In this document: piece after piece, positions 38,084 through 48,981 of the stretch
Numbering within the stretch: the stretch's first letter is position 1
Layout of the letters: each line of letters begins with the position of its first letter
Source of the DNA: Halodesulfurarchaeum sp.
Lineage (GTDB): Archaea; Halobacteriota; Halobacteria; Halobacteriales; Halobacteriaceae
Assembly: GCA_034520565.1 (NCBI GenBank)
Contig: JAXHNL010000002.1
Coordinates: forward strand, 800,001 to 864,000
Length of the DNA stretch: 64,000 nt
Reading direction: 5' to 3'
Made by a program: the position numbers and the translations under genes
The notes under the pieces: generated by a model
Databases searched by the model: none
Seen by the model: only the letters and a program-made list of their open reading frames with translations
What the model was told of the DNA's origin: nothing

Positions 38084-39112
38084 ATGCAACCGGGGAAGGT
38101 CGATCGCGACTTCTTCGACGCGTTCATCGAGGGCCGTCTGGGGGCCACCCGCGAGGACGTCCTCCTCGGCCCCACCTACGGTGCCGACTTCGGCCTTCTC
38201 TCGATCGACGACCACGCCCTCGCCATCGCGACGGACCCCATCTTCGTGCTCCGCGATCTGGGCCTCGAACGGGCGGCCTGGTTCGCCTTCCACGTCGTCC
38301 TGAGCGACGTCGCCCTCTCCGGACTGGCCCCTTCCCACCTGGCGGTGGATTTGGCGTTGCCTCCCGATACCGACCCCGAGACCTTCGAGACGATTTGGAC
38401 GGTCTTCGACGCCGAGGCTCGCGAATTGGGCGTGAGCATCGTCACCGGGCACACGGGCGCCTACGCGGGCGCGGCGTTCCCGACCATCGGAGCCGGGACG
38501 GCGCTGGCCGTTGGCGACCCGGAGCAGGTGGTCCGGCCCACCGGGGCCGAACCCGGTGACCGACTGCTCGTGACCAAGGGCCCGGCGATCGAGACGACCG
38601 GCATCCTCGCGACCGTCTTCGGCGACGAACTGGACCTCCCGGCAGCGAGCGTCTCGGCGGCCCGGGATCGGTTTTTCGACACCAGTCCGGTCGAAACCGC
38701 CCGGGTGGCCGCGTCGGCGGGGCCGGTGACTGCGATGCACGACGCGACGGAGGGCGGGCTGGCGAACGCACTCCACGAGTTGGCCCACGCGAGTAAGGTG
38801 GGGCTGGCTGTCGAATCCGACCGGGTGCCGGTCATGGACGGCGTCGAGGCAGTCTGCTCGCACTTCGAAATCGATCCGTGGCAGGCCTCGAGTTCGGGGA
38901 CGGTGCTCGTGACGGTGGCTCCTGACGGGGCTGCGGCGGTCCTCGATGGGCTCGAGACGGCCGGTATTCCGGCCGCCGAGGCCGGGACGGTGACCGACAC
39001 GGGGAACGTCCTGGTCGATGGCGACCCCATTACCGTGCCCGAAACCGACCCGTTCTGGCCGACCTACGAACGAGTCCGGGAGCAGTATGGAGCGGGAAGC
39101 CAGAGGAATTAA
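38084..39112 (+). CDS. AIR synthase-related (HypE/ThiL-like) protein
   Basis: GPTYGADFG, ATDP, SDVA, IVTGHT and AMHDATEGGL. Confidence 0.85.
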   Translation: MQPGKVDRDFFDAFIEGRLGATREDVLLGPTYGADFGLLSIDDHALAIATDPIFVLRDLGLERAAWFAFHVVLSDVALSGLAPSHLAVDLALPPDTDPETFETIWTVFDAEARELGVSIVTGHTGAYAGAAFPTIGAGTALAVGDPEQVVRPTGAEPGDRLLVTKGPAIETTGILATVFGDELDLPAASVSAARDRFFDTSPVETARVAASAGPVTAMHDATEGGLANALHELAHASKVGLAVESDRVPVMDGVEAVCSHFEIDPWQASSSGTVLVTVAPDGAAAVLDGLETAGIPAAEAGTVTDTGNVLVDGDPITVPETDPFWPTYERVREQYGAGSQRN

Positions 39113-39175
39113 CCGCACCCGCTCCATGCTCTGCTGTATGCGAATGCGGTCCCGTTCGGATCGGAGGAACACGCG

Positions 39176-41794
39176 ATGACCGGGATCGTCGAGGAGTATC
39201 TCGCACTCGTCGAGGAAGCGGACGCGGACCTGGTCGCCATGCAGGTCGGGGACTTCTACGAGTTCTTCGCCGAGAACGCCGAGACGGTCGCGGAGGAGCT
39301 GGATCTGACCGTCTCCCAGAAGTCCAGCCACGGCTCGAATTTTCCGATGGCCGGGGTTCCCGTCTCGGAACTCACGCCCTATCTGAAGACCCTGGTCGAG
39401 CGGGGCTATCGCGTCGCGGTCGCGGACCAGCACGAGACCGACTCCGGGCACGCCCGGTCGATCACCCGGGTGGTGACGCCGGGGACCCTGCTTGACACCG
39501 TCGACGCGGCCGCCCAGTACCTCGGGACCGTGGTGGAGGGAAGCGCTGACGCCTACGGCCTGGCGTTCGTGGACGTGACGACCGGCCGCTTCCACGTCAC
39601 GCAGGTGTCGAGCCTCGAGGACGCGCTCACCGAGGTCTACCGCTTCGATCCGGTCGAACTCCTCCCGGGGCCGACGCTCCGGGACGCCGACCGGTTCGAC
39701 GCCTTCCGCGACCGGACCGACGCGACTGTGACCGAACACGATCCCGGGGCCTTCGAACCGGGTCGGGCCACTCACACGCTCCGGGAGCAGTTCGGCGACG
39801 GGGCGCTCCGGAGTTTGGGGATCGAGCCGGAGAGTCCGGCCGTCCAGGCCGCCGGAGCCGCGCTCTCCTATGTGGACTCGACGGGCCTGGGCGTCACGCG
39901 CTCGTTCACTCGCCTGCAGCCCTACCGGGCCGACGACCACGTCGAACTCGACGCGACCACGCAGCGCAACCTCGAATTGACCGAGACGATGCAGGGAGAC
40001 AGCGCGGGGTCGCTCTTCGACACGATCGATCACACCGTGACAGCAGCCGGGGCCCGCCTGCTTCGCGAGTGGCTCCAGCGTCCCCGCCAAGCCAGGGATG
40101 ACCTCGAAACCCGTCACGACGCCGTCGAGGTCCTCACCCGGCAGGCACTCACCCGCGATTCGATTCAGGCGACCCTCGACGGGACGCTCGATCTCGAACG
40201 CCTCGCGGGTAAGGTCGCCCACGGCACCGCCGACGCCAGGGATCTCAAAGCCGTCGGCGAGACGCTTTCGGTGCTCCCGTCGCTCGTCGAAACGGCACGC
40301 GGCGATCCCGAGGTTGCTTCCTCGCCGATTGCAAATGCGCTCGAATCCCCCGACTTGGAGGCCGTCAGGGAACTGATCGCCGAACTCGACGGGGCGATCG
40401 CCGAGGAACCGCCGAAAACCGTCCGCGAAGGCGGCCTTTTCACACGTGGGTACGACGACCGACTCGACGACCTCCTGACCGAGTACGAGGAAGCCATCGA
40501 GTGGATCGACTCGCTCGCCGACCGGGAAAAGCGCCGGCTCGGGATCACGCACCTCCAGACGGGGCGCAACCAGACCGACGGCTACTACCTCCAGGTCGGG
40601 CGCTCGGAGACCGATTCGGTCCCCGAGGAGTACCGGGAGATCAAGGCGCTCAAGAACTCCAAGCGGTACACGACCGACGCTCTCGAGGAACGGGAGCGGG
40701 CGATCCTCCGCCTCGAGGAACAGCGTGGCGAACTCGAGTACGCCCTCTTCGAGGACCTCCGTGATCGGGTCGCCGAACGCACCGACCTCCTCCGGGAGGT
40801 CGGCGGTGCGCTCGCCGAGGTCGACGTGTACGCGAGCCTGGCGACCCACGCCGTTCGGAACGATTGGACCCGGCCCGAACTCGCGGAATCGGGGATCGAG
40901 ATCGAGGCCGGCCGGCACCCGGTCGTCGAGAAAACGACCGAGTTCGTCCCGAACGACGCGAACCTGTCGGCTACCCGCCGTCTGCAGATCGTCACGGGAC
41001 CGAACATGTCGGGGAAGTCGACGTATCTGCGGCAGACGGCCCTGATCGTGTTGCTCGCCCAGATGGGGAGCTTCGTGCCGGCGGATTCGGCCCGGCTCGG
41101 CCTCGTCGACGGCATTTACACCCGCGTCGGCGCGCTGGACGAACTCGCCCAGGGTCGTTCGACGTTCATGGTCGAGATGCAGGAGCTCTCGAACATCCTG
41201 CACTCCGCGACCGAAGACTCGCTCGTGATCCTCGACGAAGTCGGCCGGGGGACCGCGACCTACGACGGCATCTCGATCGCCTGGGCCGCGACCGAGTACC
41301 TCCACAACGAGGTTCGGGCGAAGACGCTCTTTGCCACCCACTACCACGAACTGACCACGCTCGCCGACCACCTCGAAGGCGTCGTGAACGTTCACGTCGC
41401 CGCCGAGGAGCGCGACGGCACCGTCACCTTCCTCCGGACGGTTCGCGAGGGCGCTGCTGACCGGAGTTACGGGATTCACGTCGCGGAACTGGCCGGCGTT
41501 CCGGATCCCGTGGTTTCCCGCGCGGACGTCGTCCTCGAAAAACTTCGGGCCGAAAAGGCGATCGAAGCCCGGGGCGGCGGGGGCGAGCCAATCCAGGCCG
41601 TCTTCGACGTGGGGTCGGGGGAGTTCGTCGCCGAGAACGAGGGAGCGAGTGAAATCGAGGCCGCCGATCCCCTCGATCCGGAATCCGAAGCGATTCTCGC
41701 GGAACTCGGGTCCCTGCCGCTCGCCGAAATGACACCCGTCGAGGTCCTCACCGAGGTGCAAGCCTGGCAGGAACGGCTCGGGGGTGAACCATGA
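39176..41794 (+). CDS. mutS: DNA mismatch repair protein MutS
   Basis: QVGDFYEFF, MAGVP, TGPNMSGKST, STFMVEM, DEVGRGT and SYGIHVA. Confidence 0.97.
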   Translation: MTGIVEEYLALVEEADADLVAMQVGDFYEFFAENAETVAEELDLTVSQKSSHGSNFPMAGVPVSELTPYLKTLVERGYRVAVADQHETDSGHARSITRVVTPGTLLDTVDAAAQYLGTVVEGSADAYGLAFVDVTTGRFHVTQVSSLEDALTEVYRFDPVELLPGPTLRDADRFDAFRDRTDATVTEHDPGAFEPGRATHTLREQFGDGALRSLGIEPESPAVQAAGAALSYVDSTGLGVTRSFTRLQPYRADDHVELDATTQRNLELTETMQGDSAGSLFDTIDHTVTAAGARLLREWLQRPRQARDDLETRHDAVEVLTRQALTRDSIQATLDGTLDLERLAGKVAHGTADARDLKAVGETLSVLPSLVETARGDPEVASSPIANALESPDLEAVRELIAELDGAIAEEPPKTVREGGLFTRGYDDRLDDLLTEYEEAIEWIDSLADREKRRLGITHLQTGRNQTDGYYLQVGRSETDSVPEEYREIKALKNSKRYTTDALEERERAILRLEEQRGELEYALFEDLRDRVAERTDLLREVGGALAEVDVYASLATHAVRNDWTRPELAESGIEIEAGRHPVVEKTTEFVPNDANLSATRRLQIVTGPNMSGKSTYLRQTALIVLLAQMGSFVPADSARLGLVDGIYTRVGALDELAQGRSTFMVEMQELSNILHSATEDSLVILDEVGRGTATYDGISIAWAATEYLHNEVRAKTLFATHYHELTTLADHLEGVVNVHVAAEERDGTVTFLRTVREGAADRSYGIHVAELAGVPDPVVSRADVVLEKLRAEKAIEARGGGGEPIQAVFDVGSGEFVAENEGASEIEAADPLDPESEAILAELGSLPLAEMTPVEVLTEVQAWQERLGGEP

Positions 41795-43809
41795 CCGAGA
41801 TCACCAGACTCGACGATGCGACCATTTCGAAAATCGCAGCGGGGGAGGTCGTCGAGCGCCCGGCGTCCGTCGTGAAAGAACTCGTGGAGAACAGTCTCGA
41901 CGCGGGCGCAACGCGTATCGACGTGACCGTGGCGGCTGGCGGGACCGACCTGATCCGGGTCGAAGACGACGGCCAGGGAATGACCGAGGACGACGTGAAA
42001 CGGGCGGTCGAGCAACACACCACGAGCAAGATCGGATCCATAGAGGACCTCGAGACGGGTGTTGCCACCCTCGGATTTCGGGGCGAGGCCCTGCACACGA
42101 TCGGGGCGGTCTCCCGGATGACCATCGAAACCAGACCGCAGAACGGGCCGGACGTGGGAACGGAGGTCCGGGTCGAAGGTGGCGACGTGACTGACGTCGC
42201 GCCAGTGGGCCGGGCACCGGGAACGACGGTGCGGGCCGCGGACCTCTTCTACAACACGCCGGCCCGCCGGAAGTATCTCAAGCGCGACGCGACGGAGTTC
42301 GCCCACGTGAACCGCGTGGTGTCCCGATACGCGCTCGCGAATCCGGCCGTCGCCATCTCGCTCACCCACGGGGACAACGAGGTCTTCGCTACGGCCGGGA
42401 CTGGCGACCTGCAGGGGGCGGTGCTCTCGGTCTACGGTCGGGACGTCGCCGAGAGCATGATCGGAGTCTCGGCGGACCCAGCCGGGCCGGTTGCGTCGGT
42501 CTCGGGGCTCGTGAGCGACCCGGAAACGACCCGCAGCGGGGCCGAGTACGTCTCGACGTACGTTAACGGCCGCTACGTCAGGGCAGAATCACTTCGCTCG
42601 GCCATCCTGGAGGCCTACGGCAAACAACTCGCGGGCGATCGGTACCCCTTCGCGGTGTTGTTCCTCGAGGTCCCGCCCGAAACGGTCGACGTGAACGTCC
42701 ATCCCCGGAAGATGGCCGTCCGTTTTGACGACGAGGAGGCCGTGACGGAGGCGGTCACGGAGGCGGTCCGCTCGGCACTGCTGGATCACGGCCTCCTGCG
42801 GTCCGGCGCTCCTCGGGGCCGGTCCGCGCCCGGCGAAACGGCCGTGCGTCCCGAAGCCCAAACGGCGGACTCGGCCGACGAGGATGCCACCGCCGAACCC
42901 GAGCAGGCCGGCACGGGGGCGTCGGTCGACAACGAAGCCGGATCGGACTCGGTCCCGCCTGAGTCGTCCAGTGACCATCCGGGGAGCCCTGAGCGGGGCG
43001 ACACAACGTCCGCGGAGTCCGGTTCGCGGATGCGGGATATCGACCGAGGTCGCTCCACGGCTTCGACCACTTCCGAATCGCCGGAAAGCGCCGAGCCCCC
43101 ATCCAGGCACTCGATTCTCGACCGGCCAGGAATCGACCTCGACCCGCTGCAGACTGACCTGTCCGCCGACTCCGGAGACGAGGCGGCGATCGCGGACGTG
43201 GAGACCGATCGGTTGCCCCCGCTTCGGATCCTGGGCCAACTCGATGACACCTACGTCGTGGCCGAATCGCCGGACGGGCTGGTCCTCATCGACCAACACG
43301 CCGCGGACGAGCGGGTGAACTACGAACGCCTGCAGGCGAAACTCGGCGAGGGGACCGGGACCCAGCGGCTCGTCGACCCCGTCGAACTGTCGGTCACGCC
43401 GCAGGAAGCCAGCCAGTTCGAGGCTGTCGACGAGTTCGAAACGTGGGGATTCGAAGCCTCGGTCGAGGACGGTTGGCTGGTCGTCACTGGTGTCCCGGCC
43501 GTGTTCGACGCGACGCTGTCGCCCGAACTGCTCCGGGACGTCCTCGGCTCGGCACTCGATTCCGGCGGTTCGGACGACCTCGAATCGGCTGCGGACGCCC
43601 TGCTCGGCGACATGGCCTGTTACCCCTCGATCACCGGCAACACGTCACTCACCGAGGGATCCATCGTGGACCTCGTCCGGGCCCTCGATTCCTGTGAGAA
43701 CCCATACGCCTGTCCGCACGGCCGACCGACGATCATCGAACTCTCGATTGGCGAACTCGAGGACCGGTTCGAACGGGACTATCCCGGCCACGAACACCGA
43801 CGTCCCTGA
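41791..43809 (+). CDS. mutL: DNA mismatch repair endonuclease MutL
   Basis: IAAGEVVERPASVVKELVENSLDA, GFRGEAL, DQHAADER and CPHGRP. Confidence 0.97.
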   Translation: MTEITRLDDATISKIAAGEVVERPASVVKELVENSLDAGATRIDVTVAAGGTDLIRVEDDGQGMTEDDVKRAVEQHTTSKIGSIEDLETGVATLGFRGEALHTIGAVSRMTIETRPQNGPDVGTEVRVEGGDVTDVAPVGRAPGTTVRAADLFYNTPARRKYLKRDATEFAHVNRVVSRYALANPAVAISLTHGDNEVFATAGTGDLQGAVLSVYGRDVAESMIGVSADPAGPVASVSGLVSDPETTRSGAEYVSTYVNGRYVRAESLRSAILEAYGKQLAGDRYPFAVLFLEVPPETVDVNVHPRKMAVRFDDEEAVTEAVTEAVRSALLDHGLLRSGAPRGRSAPGETAVRPEAQTADSADEDATAEPEQAGTGASVDNEAGSDSVPPESSSDHPGSPERGDTTSAESGSRMRDIDRGRSTASTTSESPESAEPPSRHSILDRPGIDLDPLQTDLSADSGDEAAIADVETDRLPPLRILGQLDDTYVVAESPDGLVLIDQHAADERVNYERLQAKLGEGTGTQRLVDPVELSVTPQEASQFEAVDEFETWGFEASVEDGWLVVTGVPAVFDATLSPELLRDVLGSALDSGGSDDLESAADALLGDMACYPSITGNTSLTEGSIVDLVRALDSCENPYACPHGRPTIIELSIGELEDRFERDYPGHEHRRP

Positions 43810-43834
43810 CTGCCGTCGCCGGTTGGGCCGTCTC

Positions 43835-44647
43835 TCACTCGATCGAAAACGGGTGGACGTAGTCGATCTCGTCGATCGACTCGATCTCGTCATCCGCGCT
43901 GCAGACCGGGCAGTCGGGATTCTGGCTGACTGGAACCTCGTCGGTGGTCATGTCCTCGCCGTCGTAGACGAGGAGTCGACCGTCGAGTGACTCGCCGAAT
44001 CCGACGATCACCTTGAGGGCCTCGGTGGCTTCGATCGTGCCGATCGTTCCGGGCAGCGGGCTCAGGACGCCGTTGACCTCGCAATCGGGGGTCGCCTCCT
44101 CGGGCGGGGCTTCGGCGAAGAGACACCGATAGCACGGGCCGTCATCCTCGGTCCCGAAGGTCGACACCTGCCCCTCGAGACGGTACACCGCGCCGTGGAC
44201 GAAGGGCACGTCGTTGAGCGTACAGGCGTCGTTGATGAGATACCGGGCCCGGAAGTTGTCGGTGCAGTCCACGACCAGGTCTCGGTCCTCCACGAGCGAT
44301 TCGGCGTTCTCGGGACCGAATTCGACCTGGTGGGGGACCACGTCGACCTCGCTGTTGAGCCCCTCGACGAACTCGCGGGCGCTCTCGACTTTCGCCCGCC
44401 CGATGTCGGCCTCCGTGTGGATCACCTGGCGCTGGAGGTTCGAGTTTTCGAGTACGTCCGGGTCGACGACGTGCAGCGTGTCGACGCCGGCAGCCGCGAG
44501 GTAGGATACCACCGGCGACCCGAGTCCACCCGCCCCCACCACGAGAACGTCGGCTTTGCCGATTCGTTCCTGTCCGGCGCCGCCAACGACGTCGATGGAG
44601 AGGTGGCGGGCGTACCGGTACTCGCGGGCCCCGTCGTTGTGACTCAT
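43835..44647 (-). CDS. ubaA: MoeB/ThiF-family E1-like enzyme (probable SAMP-activating UbaA)
   Basis: RYARH, GAGGLG, SNLQRQ, DCTDN, CYRC, PDC (active Cys) and CPVC. Confidence 0.75.
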   Translation of the reverse strand: MSHNDGAREYRYARHLSIDVVGGAGQERIGKADVLVVGAGGLGSPVVSYLAAAGVDTLHVVDPDVLENSNLQRQVIHTEADIGRAKVESAREFVEGLNSEVDVVPHQVEFGPENAESLVEDRDLVVDCTDNFRARYLINDACTLNDVPFVHGAVYRLEGQVSTFGTEDDGPCYRCLFAEAPPEEATPDCEVNGVLSPLPGTIGTIEATEALKVIVGFGESLDGRLLVYDGEDMTTDEVPVSQNPDCPVCSADDEIESIDEIDYVHPFSIE

Positions 44648-44757
44648 TGGGCTCGGATTCGAGTTCGGGCCTCAAAACACTTCCCAGCGCTATCGCTGGA
44701 GTGTCGAGTGCCCGAAAGAATCGGGTAGTCAGAAACGATACCTGAGAGAACGGAGTC

Positions 44758-44952
44758 TTAGACTCGCTCGAGGTTGACCGCGCGCGGACCCTTGGGGGCC
44801 TGGTCGATTTCGAATTCGACATCCTGGCCCTCTTCGAGGTCCTCTCCGCCGACATCTTCCATGTGGAAGAAAACGTCCTCGTCTGCGTCGTCGCTCTCGA
44901 TGAAACCGTAACCCTTCCGCGTGTGGAAGAAGTCGACCGTACCTGTTGCCAT
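44758..44952 (-). CDS. Cold-shock protein
   Basis: MATGTVDFFHTRKGYGFI...DVFFH...KGPRA. Confidence 0.93.
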   Translation of the reverse strand: MATGTVDFFHTRKGYGFIESDDADEDVFFHMEDVGGEDLEEGQDVEFEIDQAPKGPRAVNLERV

Positions 44953-45070
44953 TGCATTCATCCGAAGTGCCGGGACAGGGATAAGGCTTCCCCGATAGCG
45001 CCTGCCACGGTGACAGCCACCACGTCTGGTGCCCGGCGGCACCGGGTCCGCCCCTCGGATCCCGTTTTTC

Positions 45071-48000
45071 TCACGTTTCCAGCGCGTCGGCCAGCAATTC
45101 CACGGGATGGGGTGGCTGTGTCGCTGCAACGGGGCTGTCGGCGAACTGCGTGCGACACGACCCGCCCGGCGCGACCAGGATGTCCCCCTCGCTCGCGGGG
45201 ACCTGCTCGAAAACGTTTCGCCCGATGGCCATGCTCAACGAGTGATGTTCGGCCTCGTAGCCGAAGGTTCCGGCCATCCCACAGCAGCCCGAATCGAGTT
45301 CGTCGACGGAGAATCCGGCTGCCGACAGGACGCTCGCGGCGTGATGGTCGGTCCCCTCGGCCTTCTGGTGGCAATGGCCGTGGTAGGTAACCGTCTCGCC
45401 CCGACTGTCGAGAGGCAACTGCTCTGCCAGTTCAAAGGTGTCGAGGAACTCCATGGTTCCGTAGGTATTGTCCGCGAGCCGCGAGATCTGCTCCCCGGAG
45501 AGCAGATCCAGGTAATCGTGCTGGAACATGACCGCGTCCGACGGTTCGGTGGTGACGACCGACCAGCCGTCCCGGACCATGGGTTCGAGCGCTGTAACGT
45601 TCTCTTGGGCCGTCTGCCGGGCCACGTCGATGAAGGACTTCGAGTAGGCCGGACGGCCGCTGTCCGATGTTTCGGCCATGGCGACGTGGGCGCCGGCGGC
45701 CTCCAGGACCTCGACAGTGGCTTTCCCGACTGACTGTCGGGCGTAATTCGTGTACGTGTCCGGGAAGACGACGACCCGGTGGTCGGCCTCGTCGGCTGGA
45801 ACCCGGCTGCCCCCACGCCGCTCGAACCAGGTCTGGAGCGACTGGCCCTGGAACCGTGGGAGGGATCGTTCGCTCGCGATGCCGAGCGTGCTTTCGAGGA
45901 GCCGATCGAGACCGGGGAGCTCCATGGCGAGTGTCGAAATCGGCGACAGCGTGGATGCAATCTCGGCAAGCCTGTCGACGTTGGCGAAGAGCTTCGAGCG
46001 AAGATTGGCCCCGTCCCGCTGGTGATGTTCGTGGAGCAACTCGGCCTTGAGTTTGGCCATGTCCACCCCGGAGGGGCAGTCGCGACGACACCCCTGACAG
46101 GAGACACAGAGCGAGAGCACCTCCTCGATGAATTCCGCCTCGAGGGGGTCGGCCGGCAGGTTTCCGTCCATCGCGCTCCGGAGCAGGTTCGCCCGACCGC
46201 GAGTACTCTGGATCTCCTCTCCCGTCGCCCGGTAGGTCGGACACATGACCCCGCCAGTGGTTTCCGTGTAGCCGGTACAGCCACCACAGCCGTGACAGAG
46301 CTCGACCATCCCACGCATGCCGTTCTCGTTTTCCCAGTCGAGCTCGGGCTCGAAAGGCAACTCGAGGTCATAGCCTGGGCCGAATCGTAGATTCGCTGTC
46401 ATGTCCGGGGCTCCCGACTTCGCACCGCCGACCGGGCCCGGATTCAGCAGCCAGTCGGGGTCGACGCTCCGCTTGAGCGAGCGGAAAATCGTCCACAGTT
46501 CCTTCCCGTACCGTTTCTCGTTCCACTGGGTTCGGGCTCGTCCATCGCCGTGTTCGCCGGAGACGGCCCCATCGTATTCGAGCACCAGGTCCGTGATCGC
46601 CGACGCGATCGACGCCATGGAATCGACGCCGTCCTGGGTCTGCAGATCGAGAAACGGCCGGATGTGGAGGACGCCCGGGCCCGCGTGTGCGTAGAAGGTC
46701 GCGTCGGTGCTCTCGGCCGCGAGCAGGTCCTGCACCCGTTCGACGAATTCCGGCAGGTGCTCGACCGGAATCGCCGCGTCCTCGACGAAGGGCCAGGGTC
46801 TGACCGTCCCCGTTTGGGAAAGCAGAATCGGCAATCCGGCCTTCCGGAGGTCCCAGAAGGCGGTCTGTCGGTCCTCGCTCGACGCCTCGAGCGCCCCGTT
46901 TGCCCGCCCCGTCTGGTCACCCGATTCGCCCGCAGAGCCCTCCACGACCCGGTCATCGATGAGGGCCGCGACCGCACCCTCGACGGCGGCCTTCGAGTCC
47001 CCGTCGAACTCCACGAGTAGCGTCGCCCCTGTCTCCGGCGGGAACTCGTCGATGAGCGACTCGAACCGGTCGACCGTGCCGGCCAACTCGAGAAAGCGCT
47101 CGTCCATGACCTCGAGGGCGGCGGGATCGTGGGCGAGGACGGCTTCGAGGTCACGCAGAGCTCCGTCGAGGGTCTCGTAGGTGAGCAGGGCGACCGCCGT
47201 CGCCTCGGGGACCGGTTCGAGCGAGACCGTCGCTTCAGTGATCACGCCGAGTGTCCCCTCGCTTCCGGCGAACAGTCGGGCGACGTTGACACGCCCTTCG
47301 GTTTCGGCCTCTTCGACGAGCACGTCGAGGTTGTATCCCGAAACGTTTCGGTGCAGGTCGGGAAACCGCTCCGTGACCAGATCGTCGTGCTCGGAAAGAA
47401 CGGTGTGGATCTCCGCGTAGAATCGGGCCTCGCAGTCGCCGTCCGGGTTGGCGGCCGCCGCGATTTCCTCGATGGTCATCCAGCCGAACTCGACTCGCTT
47501 GCCGGAGGCGAGGACGACTTCGAGGGATTCGACGTACTTGTCCGCCTTGTCGTAGCAAAGCGAGTGAGAACCGGTTGAGTTGTTCGCGATGCAGCCCCCG
47601 AGGACGCTCTTGTCGCCCCAGGCCGGGTCGGGTGCGTACTGGAGATCGTGGGATTCGACGGCGGCGTTCAGTTCGGCGAGCGTGACCCCCGGCTGGGCCC
47701 GGACGGTTGCTCGGTCCGGGTCGACTTCGACGACGTCGTTCATCCGGGCTTTGAAGTCGAGGACGAGCGCCTCGTTCGTGGTCTGCCCGGCAAGGCTGGT
47801 CCCGGCCCCTCGAGGGAGAACGGCGATGTCGTGCTCGTTGCAGTACTCGAGTACGGCAACCACGTCGCCCGTATCGACGGGTTTGACGACGCCGATCGGC
47901 TCGACCTGATAGATACTTGCGTCGGTCGCGTAGAGCTGTCTCGTGTACTCGTCGAACCGCACTTCGCCGGCGACTCGCCGGTCGAGGGCGGTGGCGAGAT

Positions 48001-48088
48001 CCGGCCGATCGATCGTCCCGCCTCGATAGTCGTAGGTGGCCCGTTCGTCCCCGGCGGGGTCGCTCCCGTCGCCGGACGCCTCAGTCAT
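45071..48088 (-). CDS. FAD-binding and Fe-S/CCG-domain oxidoreductase (GlcD/GlcF-like fusion, D-2-hydroxyacid dehydrogenase type)
   Basis: YATDASIY, PRGAGTSLAGQ, GSEGTLG, GEHGDG, CHGCGGC...MCP, CVSCQGCRRDCP, HGHCH and CCGMAG. Confidence 0.88.
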   Translation of the reverse strand: MTEASGDGSDPAGDERATYDYRGGTIDRPDLATALDRRVAGEVRFDEYTRQLYATDASIYQVEPIGVVKPVDTGDVVAVLEYCNEHDIAVLPRGAGTSLAGQTTNEALVLDFKARMNDVVEVDPDRATVRAQPGVTLAELNAAVESHDLQYAPDPAWGDKSVLGGCIANNSTGSHSLCYDKADKYVESLEVVLASGKRVEFGWMTIEEIAAAANPDGDCEARFYAEIHTVLSEHDDLVTERFPDLHRNVSGYNLDVLVEEAETEGRVNVARLFAGSEGTLGVITEATVSLEPVPEATAVALLTYETLDGALRDLEAVLAHDPAALEVMDERFLELAGTVDRFESLIDEFPPETGATLLVEFDGDSKAAVEGAVAALIDDRVVEGSAGESGDQTGRANGALEASSEDRQTAFWDLRKAGLPILLSQTGTVRPWPFVEDAAIPVEHLPEFVERVQDLLAAESTDATFYAHAGPGVLHIRPFLDLQTQDGVDSMASIASAITDLVLEYDGAVSGEHGDGRARTQWNEKRYGKELWTIFRSLKRSVDPDWLLNPGPVGGAKSGAPDMTANLRFGPGYDLELPFEPELDWENENGMRGMVELCHGCGGCTGYTETTGGVMCPTYRATGEEIQSTRGRANLLRSAMDGNLPADPLEAEFIEEVLSLCVSCQGCRRDCPSGVDMAKLKAELLHEHHQRDGANLRSKLFANVDRLAEIASTLSPISTLAMELPGLDRLLESTLGIASERSLPRFQGQSLQTWFERRGGSRVPADEADHRVVVFPDTYTNYARQSVGKATVEVLEAAGAHVAMAETSDSGRPAYSKSFIDVARQTAQENVTALEPMVRDGWSVVTTEPSDAVMFQHDYLDLLSGEQISRLADNTYGTMEFLDTFELAEQLPLDSRGETVTYHGHCHQKAEGTDHHAASVLSAAGFSVDELDSGCCGMAGTFGYEAEHHSLSMAIGRNVFEQVPASEGDILVAPGGSCRTQFADSPVAATQPPHPVELLADALET

Positions 48089-48148
48089 GCCCGTCGGTTT
48101 CGATGCCGGCATTGTAAAGCCGCCGGCGACGGGGGGCCACTCCCCCGA

Positions 48149-48571
48149 TCAGTGACCACTCCCGGCCAGATCGTCGACGGGAACCACCGAGTGGTCGAGC
48201 AAGAGCGTGTCCTGGGTGGCCCGCAGCCGGCCGATGAACTCGGAAATCGTCTCGAGATCGCCCTCCAGGACGAACAGCTCCATACACCGGTGATCGCCCA
48301 CGTGGCTGTGGAGGTTCGAGGCGACGAGATCCTCGTACTCGTGGCGGAGGTCGATGAGCGACTCCTCGACGTCGGTCGTCTCGTAGTCGAAGAGTACGGT
48401 GACCACGCCCATGAGATCCCGGTCTTCGAGCCGCTGATCGTCGAATTCCCCCATGAGCGTGCGACTCGCCTCTCTGAGTACCTCGCTCCGGCCGGTGAAC
48501 CCGTGTTCCTCGGCGAACTGGTCGAGGCGCTCGAGGAGGGAATCCGGCATCGAAATGCTGACGACGGCCAT
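48149..48571 (-). CDS. nikR: Nickel-responsive regulator
   Basis: N-terminal RHH (VVSISMP...GRSEVLREA) and Ni ligands H...HSH...C. Confidence 0.9.
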   Translation of the reverse strand: MAVVSISMPDSLLERLDQFAEEHGFTGRSEVLREASRTLMGEFDDQRLEDRDLMGVVTVLFDYETTDVEESLIDLRHEYEDLVASNLHSHVGDHRCMELFVLEGDLETISEFIGRLRATQDTLLLDHSVVPVDDLAGSGH

Positions 48572-48699
48572 ATATTAACTTCGGGCCCCGTTCTTCATAA
48601 CATTGCATGTTCGGCATCGAGTTCCGGATCCGGTCCCGAAGCGGTGTGACGTCTGCCGTGGCCGCATCACTTAATTGGATCGCCGAGAAGTGATTTCAC

Positions 48700-48900
48700 A
48701 TGAGTGAATCCGCGACAGGTACCGGGACGCTTCCGGGATCCAGTGTGCAAACGATCGGCGGGGTGCTTCTGGCACTCGGTTTTGTCGTGTCACTATTGGC
48801 CTTCGCCAGTGGTGATTTCATCACTGGCGGCATGGTATTGCTCTACATACCTGTCGGGTATCTGTTGTTCAGTATCGGTCGGGGGCGGGATCTGGTCTGA
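48700..48900 (+). CDS. Small two-TM hypothetical protein
   Basis: 66 aa with two hydrophobic helices; TTAATT upstream. Confidence 0.5.
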   Translation: MSESATGTGTLPGSSVQTIGGVLLALGFVVSLLAFASGDFITGGMVLLYIPVGYLLFSIGRGRDLV

Positions 48901-48981
48901 TTGAGGCCGCTTACGCCGAGGTGTGCCGACCAGCATTTACCATCAGTTATTAAATAGGTGGCCAGTGTTGAGGGGTGTGTA

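Noticed and set aside
37943-41761. 1272-aa minus-strand ORF
   Set aside because: It is the antisense shadow of mutS and the AIR synthase gene, and it overlaps the tRNA.
1606-48571. A single nickel/CO2 supercluster (cooSC, carbonic anhydrase, SlyD-like, HypE-like, nikR)
   Set aside because: The genes are tens of kb apart among housekeeping genes, and I could identify no shared operator.
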